This document shows positions 11,949 through 21,606 of a stretch of 64,000 nucleotides of DNA, in pieces. The notes beneath the pieces are model-generated. The model was not told where the DNA came from. It saw nothing but the letters and a program-made list of their open reading frames with translations, and ran no database searches. Source of the DNA: Fistulifera solaris. Its lineage: Eukaryota. The number at the start of each line of letters is the position of its first letter. Within the stretch, counting starts at the first letter, position 1. The DNA lies in the NCBI GenBank assembly GCA_030295235.1, contig AP026131.1:992001-1056000 (forward strand), written 5' to 3'. The position numbers and the translations under genes were made by a program.

Positions 11949-13667
11949 ATGGCAACCTCTACCGCCGCACGTCTCTTTTGGAGCTACCAAGCTCCTTTGG
12001 CGGGCGCATTGGTGGTTCACAGAGCGTTTCAGGATGTGACGACGGCATGCGAGAAAGCTCCGAATACGAAGCTACAATCGAGGGTACGTTTGTTGGTGTT
12101 TTGTAGGAGCTATCAACAAAAAATGAATCACTCACTTTGTCTTCTGACTATCTGTGTATACTTGTGCTTATTTTTTGTGTCGATTCAACAGATGACATCG
12201 ATTGGACATTTCTCGGTCGTTTCCGAAACGACACACAATCCCAGCATTGTGACATTTGTCATGGCGTTGACGGGTCAGACACCTTTGACCGCGCAGGAAT
12301 TTTCTCGCTTGTGGCGCGAACGCGGTATGGAAGAACGCCATCCTCGGTTTCATAAGAAAATCGCGAATGGCTCGAACTTCATCCCCACGGACGACCCGGT
12401 GGAAGATCATCTGACGGAAACGACGTTTCCCGTCGTGCCCCGCGCGGATGTCAAAGCGCGGATTCAGCAGTTGCAAATGACGCCATGGGATCTTTCGGAA
12501 AAATTGTGGCATATGTGGATTGCCCCGTGGGGGAAATTGGGAGCTTCCGGGCTCATCGATCCAGAGGAGACAATATCCGATACTGAGAAGAAAGGAGAGA
12601 GTTTGTTGTTCTTTCGAGCGCATCATGCCCTGGGTGATGGGGCATCCATGACGGCGGCTTTCTTGGATGTACTGGATGAAGCAGCAGAAATACAACAAGA
12701 AATCATCGACTTTCTTCGAAAGCTCAGAAAACGCGGCGAGAAAACGAAAGGGTTTTGGCAGGCACTAGCAAAAAGATGAAACAAATTCTCGCGTTTCTAT
12801 TCGGAAGTCTCCGAGCTCTCGTCTATCAAACTTCTTTATTTTGGCACATGCTTTGGGAAACGGATTCCTGGTCACAAATTCGGAAATTGACACGCACCGA
12901 AGAGCAAGCTCAGCGAACCGTTTCTTGGTCGAAGGCAGCCCCGTTGGAGCAAGTAAAGTGGGTGGCCCAGCAGCTGAGTGTGGAAGGCAAAAGATTACCG
13001 TGAATGACATATTTTGCGCTTGTGTTTCGGTGGCCATCGGAAAACAAGTGTCGGAACATCGAAGCAAGATCCAGGCAACTTCGTCTGGCAGACATTCTGC
13101 GAAAATTGCGAAACAGGAGCATTTCAATATTGCATTCCCGGTACACCTGAAAGGCGGAGTGGTGCTACCAGGAGAATCGGTGGGGAATAATCTAGGAGCT
13201 TTTGTTGTCCGGGTTCCGGGTGAAAGAGACGATCCGCAATCACACGAACGACTACTCCAGGTACATGATACCTTGGCGACTGCGAAAAGCATGCCAACTG
13301 CGATTCTCAGTCACATTCTCGCAAAGGCTTTTCGTACGCGTCCGCGATTCTACCCACCCGCTTCGTTGGTTGGATGTATGCTTGTTCTAATGGCGGATCC
13401 ATCGCGGTGATTAGCAACAACAGAGGACTCCCCAAACCGGTCCATCTTGGTGGTCGACAAGTAGAAGCTATTTATGGTTTTGTACCACTCCCACCAGGTA
13501 TTCCTATCGGCGTTGTTGTGATGAGCTATGCCGGTACTGTTAATTTGACGATAACTGCAGAACCCTGGGCCGTACCGGATGCCGATCAATTCCTCGTTTG
13601 GGTGCTGGAGGAGTATAACAACCTTTTAAACGCCGCACGTCAAGAGAGGAGTTATAAGAAATTGTGA
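11949..13667 (+). CDS. Wax ester synthase/diacylglycerol acyltransferase (WS/DGAT); intron 12084-12191; about 3 single-base frameshifts
   Basis: HPRF, LWHMWI, catalytic HHALGDG (HHxxxDG), ITVNDIF, GNNLG and C-terminal GIPIGVVVMSYAG. Confidence 0.85.
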
Positions 13668-13721
13668 AAAAGTCTGAATACAAGGGAGGGATTAAGTTGA
13701 TACTGCTAATGTAACGTTAGT

Positions 13722-14396
13722 CTACATAATACTGAAGCTATCCATCAAAGATGGGCAGTCGGTGGATCCTGTTGCGGTGCGGTGGGTAGCGGACGCACGT
13801 AGATAGTTTCGGGCTCGTCTTTGCCCTTTCCGCCACACATTTGGAAAGCAAACGAAAAGTAGACACAAGAGTCCGACGGCACCTCCGACGGCTATTCCTG
13901 CGATTGCGCCTTTCGACAGACCGTCCTTATCTTCAACATAAAGCTCGCTGCCTACGCAAACGCCTGTATCAGTTGCGTTGTTGTTGACGCAGCATGTGCT
14001 CTCCTCGTAGGAGAGTTCTTTCGCGTCCTCGTTGGCAAGTAGGTTGTCTGGGTGCTTGCTCGAGTCGGTACACTGCGTAGCAATGGTCTCAACAAGATCA
14101 TCAGCGCTGCAAATATCTAGTAGGCACCGTGACTCTTCTCCTCCCAAGGCCGCCCGGTAAGAATCGAGTTCGCACTGGGTAAGCTCTAAAGTAGGACAAT
14201 CTTGGGCAATGGACTCGGTGCTGTTGTCGGTTTCAAGGGCTCTATTGAGTGCTTTCAGGGCAATATCGATAGCAAGGACCCCCAGAAAGTGATGAGGCGA
14301 TTTCGTGCGATCATACAGTGGAGCAGAAACGGTCGTGCCGAGAGCGTTTCCAGTAGCAAAGCTGTAAGGCTCAACCCAAGCCGTGAAATCGGCATT
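13722..14396 (-). pseudogene. 3' partial paralog of the neighbouring VWA/Cache membrane protein
   Basis: NADFTAWVEPYSFATGNALGTTVSAPLYDRT aligns with NADFVAWVEPYIFVTGNIFGSTISAVVYDRS in ORF 16143-16880. It has the same Cys pattern and TM helix but no signal peptide or VWA part. Confidence 0.7.
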
Positions 14397-14425
14397 AGGC
14401 AAGTATACTTCCTCACCCGATGGAG

Positions 14426-15218
14426 TTAGCTGTACTTCATCAAACACATCGATATCTCCCTTTACAATGAATAAGAAAATGTGACCAGTCGGTCAGTTTG
14501 ATGTTACAATAATTCAGACTCAATTGCACACCGACTTACGAATTCGTCTTGTTTTGGTTCCTTTTCGCGGAGTGCCTTTCCCTTCGTTGGTTTCTTTTCG
14601 CGGAGTGCCTGGCTCGTTTTCCCTCTGGCAATTTTATCCACCACCTCAAACCACTTTCCCGTCTCGTCCTGTTTCAAGAAACGTCCGGGAGGATCTTGGT
14701 GTTTCCAAGCATAGACGATTTCCTTGGCTAATGCAGTTTTTTTTCTTTTTTTTTAACCCGATGTATTTTTCTTTATAACCTTCAACCATCTTCCGATACT
14801 TCTTATTACCTTCGTGTTTATTCGTATGTCCTGTAACGAAAAGCAAAAAAATTGAGCACAAGTAATTGAACATCCAACAAACCATATTCCACCAAACGCT
14901 ATACTCACCGCCACGCCCACATAAAACATCATGTTCGTGCGGTTCCGTAATATCTTTCAGCGGATATTTTTTCCACCGTTTGGCGGGTTGTGGTGCCGGA
15001 TGTAAATCTTGCTCTGCCGGGTGCGACGCTGTATGCGGAGCCGGATGTGGTGCATGCTCGGCCGGGAGATTGCCACCTTCTTCTGTGTCGTATTCGCTAC
15101 TTAGCATTTCTTCTACCATAGCGACTGACGAATCCTCATCATCTTCGCTTTGCCGCTTTGCGTTTACCTGGTCGATTGACAAATCTTTACCTTGTTCATC
15201 GTCGGGTTTACACTTCAT
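14426..15218 (-). CDS. DUF6824-type protein (intron 14831-14908; probable second intron ~14460-14539; frameshift in the poly-T run near 14745)
   Basis: DVLCGRGG|HTNKHEGNKKYR, then after the frameshift AKEIV..PPGRFL..W..DKIARGKTSQALRE, which is the diatom-expanded DUF6824 signature. The 3' end is uncertain. Confidence 0.75.
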
Positions 15219-15401
15219 GGTGAAGATTTGCAATACTTACGAGTTTGTTTGAGTTGTAAAGAGAAGTTGGAATGCTCGCAGGTATTTCAGTTTCTTCTTT
15301 GTAATAAAAAATAAATAAACTTTGGGCGAGCGTCCAAGCAAGATGCAAAATCTTTGCGACTTTGCGAGCAGGAGTCAGTCGTGGAAAATACCTGGTAGAC
15401 C

Positions 15402-15573
15402 GAGATTCTTTCAGAAACCAGCCTGTTTCCGGGTGACTTTTCACAAACCAGCATTCAGGCTGTATTCAGGCTGTTTAGGGCCCTTCCGCCTACTGTTTGC
15501 GATCATACCAAAGGGCCTACCGGCTGGTTTGTGAAAAGTCACCCGGAAATCGGCTGGTTTCTGAAAGTACCTC
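15402..15573. mobile_element. MITE, Mutator(MULE)-like: 172 bp, ~51-bp TIRs, 9-bp TSD
   Basis: Left arm GAGATTCTTTCAGAAACCAGCCTGTTTCCGGGTGACTTTTCACAAACCAGC (15402-15452) is the inverse of 15523-15573 with about 4 mismatches. TGGTAGACC is duplicated at 15393-15401 and 15574-15582. Confidence 0.9.
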
Positions 15574-15699
15574 TGGTAGACCTATTGGGGACGAGCGACG
15601 AGCGTCCAAGGTCCAAGTAAAGATCTTTGCGAGCAGGAGTCAGTCGTGAAAAACGGGTTTGACGTGTGACGTGTGACGTGACTATGTAACGAGACAAGA

Positions 15700-15760
15700 G
15701 GTACCGGTACCTGGTACCAGTACCGGTACCGGTACCGTACCAGGTACGGTACCAGGTATA
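15700..15760. repeat. Degenerate GGTACC/GTACC simple repeat
   Basis: ggtaccggtacctggtaccagtaccggtaccggtaccgtaccaggtacggtaccaggta. Confidence 0.85.
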
Positions 15761-16142
15761 GTACAGACTACTCCTCCAAACTTCAAAAATTAACATTGTG
15801 ACATTGTAGTTGTAGGTACGAAGGCTTGCCGGAAGGAGATCTTTTTCAAAAGTTCTATTTTGCACTTTCGACGAAGGAACACTTGGGGCAAATTCTGTTG
15901 ACAAACTTCTTTGTTTTCAATAGAGATGATTCATTCATCAATATTCATCCCCTCGGATGAGATCAGCATTAACTCCATCCTTGTTTCTTTCGTTTGGTCG
16001 GTCTTTTTCATGTCGGTAGCCGAGAATGAGGCGCATGGCGGAGGATGCGATGAGCGAGTTCTACAGCCTTGTGTGCGTACAGAAATGCCTCAGTAGCGAA
16101 GAAAGATGATATACAAACACGAACTAATTAATGTCAATGTAT

Positions 16143-18000
16143 TTAAGGAGAGGACTTCCAAGTTGGTGCGCTGGGAGCGATCGGAGGAGGATTAACCGGC
16201 ACGGCAACAGCATCTTTGACTACAACCACTCGACGATTGCTACAACCTGAACGCTTAAGGCAGCAATAGAGCATCAAAAGGGCGGCAATGACGACAACAA
16301 CGCATCCGACTGCAATTCCCCCAATCATCGCTTTCGTGAGTTTGTCATCGCCGTCATCGTTGCCGCCAACGAGGCAAACGCCATTGTCGCTGCCGCAGCA
16401 AACAATCTTCTCGAACGAACGGTCCTTGTTATCGGAGTTCGCAGTAAGGTTGCCCGTATATTTGCTCGAGTCAAAGCACTTCTTTGGAACGGTCGAACTG
16501 AAATCGTCCGCGCTGCATTCATCTGGAAAGCATCGAGCTTCGTTCCCGCCGAAAAACGCGCGATATGACTCCATGACGCATAGAGGCAAATTTAGTGCGG
16601 GGCAAACAGCAACGGAGTACCGGGCCAGCTCAGAAATAGCTTCGGTGATGTTGTCGGTTTCGAGTGCTTCAGTTAAAATTTCAAAGGCGATGTCGCGTCC
16701 GACGACCCCTATTTTCGTCGGAGGTGACGTCGAGCGATCGTATACCACTGCGGAAATGGTCGAGCCAAATATATTACCTGTAACAAAAATGTACGGTTCC
16801 ACCCATGCAACAAAATCGGCATTTTCATTATCGCCAAGACCCAAACTGAATAATTGGTCGTAGCTTGACAAAGCCTCCACATCTGGTCTTCCCTGTTAAT
16901 CCTGGTCCATACCCCAAAATCAAGGGGGCATGCAAGTTTCTTTGGTAAGGTGTGCACTTCTTCTTTTCGGAAATCGAATACGAGAAGAAAAGCACCGGCT
17001 TGCCTATCTTCGTCGACGTTGCATTGAGGCGGCTTGTAACCAAATCGATGACGTTTTCTGGAGTAATTTCTTTGGGGTGCGTCATCTCGCCGTCTGTCAA
17101 GAACAAAATAGCACTGTTGCAGTTTACGGTCAGTTCCTCTCCGTGTGATTTGTCAAGCACATCAAACGCCTTTTCAAATGCGTCATAGAAGTTGGTTTCC
17201 CCCTGGGCTTCCAAATTTGTGATGGCATCGATGAGGACGGCTTTGCTCTCGTTGTTCGCTGGGTAGAGATACATTCCTTCCTTGGCTATGACACTTGCCG
17301 TTTCGTCGTACACAACAATCGCGATGCGGTCGCTCATTGTCAACGTCTCGATGACTCGAATCGCAGCTTTTTTCATCAGATTCATACGATTGCCTTCCAT
17401 CGACCCGCTCTTGTCGAAGAGAAGCAGGATATTCTTGGGACCGCTACTTGGGGCAACACCCCAGGGGCGCGGGCGAGGATCGTAGGCTCCGCAGTTCTTA
17501 GTGCGGCGACCTGGGTAGTAGCGAAAGACACCAGTTGTGCTGCCGAAGTAGATGGCGCCAGGATTGATTCCGAGCTCTTCCCAGAAAGCCCTATCTCGTT
17601 CGTTGCGTTGTATCAGCCATTCATCCATATGACGAGTCCAGCAAATCGTTTCATAGACGAGGGGGTCCGATTCAGCTGTGCCGGGTGCGATGCTGTACAC
17701 GCTCGTTGTGAAATCGACGTAACCCGGGCACCCTTCCCCGGAGCCGCAGCTTGGAATATTGAATTCCGGACCGGAGGGACAGGTAGGATTGGGCAGTGCT
17801 GCAAAGCACTCGTCGAAGTTAGCGAACTGACATTCCTTCAACGACGTCTCATTGCAACGCTTCTCGAGGGAAAGGCTTTCCATGAAATCGCGAAATTCAA
17901 GAATGTCTTCTTTAAATTTCGTAGCGACTTGATTGAAGCGTGGGCTGTTGAGGCCAAACGCCAATGATACGAAGAGGAAATGAAGTGTTACTTTCAACAT
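16143..18000 (-). CDS. VWA + Cache-like type I membrane protein (alpha2delta/CACHD1-like); frameshifts near 16880-16960
   Basis: Signal peptide MLKVTLHFLFVSLAFG, YFGSTTGVFRYYPG, YDPRPRPW, MIDAS DKSGS, ILFLTDG, WVEPY and a C-terminal TM helix. Confidence 0.85.
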
Positions 18001-18875
18001 CTTGTTGTTGCTGAAAATTGACCGGAAGTAGTTTTTACCCAAATGCCGAAGAAAAATGAGGGTGTGGATCTTCTTTCGTTTCCAGCTCGTCTTCATCATG
18101 TCCGCGTAAAGGTTACGTAGTTCAGGTACTGATACGGAATTCATTCGTGGAAAGCGAAATGGATATACAGAACACAGAACTTGGTTGAAATTGCACCCGA
18201 GAATAAGGACGTATAACCCAAGTATAACCTTACCCGAGAACTCAGAACTCAGAACATCACGTACAGTATGCCGAGCAATTCGTATTTCGTATCCACGATC
18301 GATTCCTTTTCATTGATTCATTCCTTCCTTTTCCTGTGGTTACCGGAACCGGACACCCGCAAATGTTAGGAATTGGGATAGTCGCTCGCGGACTGCGCGG
18401 ACATGACAAAACATGTCGCGCGGCGCTAGATAGACTCCCTAAGCCCGAACGTATTAGTCCTTTTCTGGACCTCTAGACAGTGGTGTTTGCGGTTTGTGGC
18501 AGTGCTTCGAAAGTAAAGAATAACCGAGAAGAAGAGGGCGACGGCCCTCGTATAAGAAGCATTTATTTTTTACTAAAAAATAAATATGCGGTGCACTGTT
18601 ATCAACTAGGACGCCATTTCTGTTACTGTCTTTTCCCTTTTTATCCTTGGTAGACTTTTATCCCGTCCTAGCTAGGAGTATCGTCGTCTTAGCTGCTCCC
18701 TTAATCACTGAGGAAGCCATTTTACGCTGAGGCACTTCCATTCAATGCAAGCCTGCTCGAAATTCCTAGTGGTTGAGTGAACGTATCCGGATTTGATGAA
18801 GCTCTTATCGTTTTTTTCGCCTTTCTTTTCTGTGGAACGCAACAAGAGCAGTGGCCCTTCCTCCCTTCCGTGTGG

Positions 18876-20288
18876 CTAAATTATATTGATGTGCGGACGA
18901 TCCCTGTACCTTGACGACGATGGCAATTCCAGTTCCTGTGGGTTATGAAAGACTCTGTCGTACACAATAGAATCCCCGGCTTTTCGTTTTTCTCGTCGCG
19001 CGCGGCGGATCATCAAAGTGATCAGGACGATGCTGATAGTGACAAACAACACAATACTCATGCTGGCTTGGCATCCCTTGCCTGAGCACAAAGATGGAAT
19101 CGATGGTGATTCTTCCTTATTCGTTAACGACGCGCGATGATTTCGAGTCTCTTCAATCGCATTCCCGGGATACTTCTTGGGCAACAGTTTCTTGTGCTTG
19201 TCGAATTTCGGTGCTTCGACATGTCCGATGCACCAGGGTTCCGCTTTCCCGTCATGGTGACAACGAAACTCTACCTCTTCTCCGGTTGTATGATTCGTGA
19301 TGCAAAAACAAAATGCGGGGCGGATGAAAATCTGTGGCAGTTCGTGACATGAATTCAATGACGCCTTGGGACAATATTCATCGTGAACGTACGATGCTGT
19401 AAGTGTGTCATTGAGTTCCGTTCGACACCATTTACCATTCGTCCGGTCCGCACATTCCAGTACATTCCCACTATACGTCCATGTCATGCTATCTTGTTGG
19501 TACCGATATTTGGCTCCACAGAATTGCGTTTCGCGAGCACCCAATGCGGATTTACACACCCTCTGACGCTCGGCTTTGCTGCAATCATTGGCGGTACGCG
19601 CACACGATGGGACCGTCACAATATCGGGTTCAATGGTTCCTTGACACACGGTCCGTCCATGTGAAACACATTTGTAATGAGTTTCATTGAGGCGGGATGG
19701 TCCTTCGCGACAGAATTTCGTAACTTCGGCAAAGGAGGCCACGTGTCGTGGCGGACACTTGTAGCGTTCCGGACTATTGACGATACCCTGACACCAACCT
19801 TCTTTCGGTTGTGCAACAGTACGATTCGGAGAATCATCTCGGAAACCATTCCATTGCACGGGATCCAGTGCTTGACACATATAAGTCCCATCGTCGTTAC
19901 ACATTCGAGGCGAATCTTGGACACACACTTGATCTAAATCCTGACAAGCCGGGATATTATAAGGACATTGCGGTATCGGATCGACATAATTGTGCACCAC
20001 ATTATCCCAAAATGCGTAGTTCTCATTAATAATGGTTCCACTGCACTGAATGTTCTTGCGATTGTCGACACAGCGATACCCCGTGAGTTTGTTTTGTGTC
20101 GGCGGAAAAGGTGGACTTCCCTTGATGGAGTAGGAGCAAAAATGTAACTCCTTTCGATCTGTCACGTAGTAGTGATCCTTTATTTTATAACCAGGACAAC
20201 CATGACTGCCATCCCAACTGGCTTGTGTGAGTCGGCCGAGAAGCAGCGACGGAAGGAGAAGAAGAGGTGTGTCGATTACTCGATGCAT
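18876..20288 (-). CDS. Cys-rich type I membrane protein of unknown function
   Basis: 470-aa ORF with a signal peptide, about 5 Cys-patterned repeats, a TM helix (IVLFVTISIVLITLMI) and a basic stop-transfer RRARREKRK. Confidence 0.8.
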   Translation of the reverse strand: MHRVIDTPLLLLPSLLLGRLTQASWDGSHGCPGYKIKDHYYVTDRKELHFCSYSIKGSPPFPPTQNKLTGYRCVDNRKNIQCSGTIINENYAFWDNVVHNYVDPIPQCPYNIPACQDLDQVCVQDSPRMCNDDGTYMCQALDPVQWNGFRDDSPNRTVAQPKEGWCQGIVNSPERYKCPPRHVASFAEVTKFCREGPSRLNETHYKCVSHGRTVCQGTIEPDIVTVPSCARTANDCSKAERQRVCKSALGARETQFCGAKYRYQQDSMTWTYSGNVLECADRTNGKWCRTELNDTLTASYVHDEYCPKASLNSCHELPQIFIRPAFCFCITNHTTGEEVEFRCHHDGKAEPWCIGHVEAPKFDKHKKLLPKKYPGNAIEETRNHRASLTNKEESPSIPSLCSGKGCQASMSIVLFVTISIVLITLMIRRARREKRKAGDSIVYDRVFHNPQELELPSSSRYRDRPHINII

Positions 20289-20497
20289 CTACGTGAATTG
20301 AATACTGTTTAACGCTGAAATAACGCAAAAGTAATCTTTATTTTGTTCTTGGATGGCTCAGTGGAAGCCTTCAAGAACGTTTTGTTTGCAAGTAACAATC
20401 AATTTTATTGCAGATTATAGACGCGCCATTTGCCATTTTGCTTTATGTCGCTGTCGGAAGCCATTTTGTTTTATCGCGACGCGCGCGATGCAAATCT

Positions 20498-21222
20498 TCC
20501 GGGTACCCCCTCTGTCGATAAATTTCCTTACGAGAGCTACGTGCGATTCACGTAGACATTTTCAAGCGTTGCACCTTTCACGCTTTGACGTATGGAAGTC
20601 AATCATTCAATGTTCAATACAGCCTATTGGCACGTACTATGCATGTCGGAGAATGCAACGATGGCAATGGTGCACAATAGACCTGGAAAATGGTGTGATC
20701 CAAATTACACAATATCCGGGTATCCCCTAAGTCGATAAATTTCTTTACGAGAGCTACGTGATATGCACGTAGACATTTTCAAGCGTTGCACCTTTCACGC
20801 TTTCACGTATGGAAGTCAATCATTCAATGTTCAATACAGCCTATTGGCACGTACTATGCATGTCGGAGAATGCAACGATGGCAATGGTGCACAATAGACC
20901 TGGAAAATGGTGTGATCCAAATTACACAATATCCGGGTATCCCCTAAGTCGATAAATTTCTTTACGAGAGCTACGTGATATGCACGTAGACATTTTCAAG
21001 CGTTGCACCTTTCACGCTTTGACGTATGGAAGTCAGTCATTCAATGTTCAATACAGCCTATTGGCACGTACTATGCATGTCGGAGAATGCAACGATGGCA
21101 ATGGTGCACAATAGACCTGGAAAATGGTGTGATCCAAATTACACAATATCCGGGTATCCCCTAAGTCGATAAATTTCCCCACGAGAGCTACGTGCAATTC
21201 ACGTAGACATTTTCAAGCGTTG
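20498..21222. repeat. Tandem array of 217-bp units (family B), ~3.3 copies
   Basis: GTCGATAAATTT recurs at 20514, 20731, 20948 and 21165. Units are nearly identical and each has the hairpin CTACGTG-N5-CACGTAG. Confidence 0.95.
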
Positions 21223-21606
21223 TATTATTGCCTTTCTTCGACGTTTAAAGCTCAATTAGTTCTAATCAATGATTTTCCATAGAAAGAAGCTATGCTAGTG
21301 ACATTTACAATGGTATTTGTTGCAGATGATAGAACAAACCTCAGATATACATTGATATTGAGCTTCGTTTAGCAGTACCGGATCGCCAGGTTGACGTTTT
21401 GCGATGACATCGCCCATCGCGGCGGAAATTCGTTCCGCGTTTTCTTTTCGAGAAAGTGTCGAAGATTCTTCTTCGTGTGTTGAAACGAAGAATGAGCCGA
21501 ACAATCGAATGAAACCATCTGTTCGATCGGTGTCTTTAAAAGCGCGTCATTGTTGTTCTAATTCGCCTTGGTTGCAGAAGCAAATGGCATTATTAATTGA
21601 GGAAAT

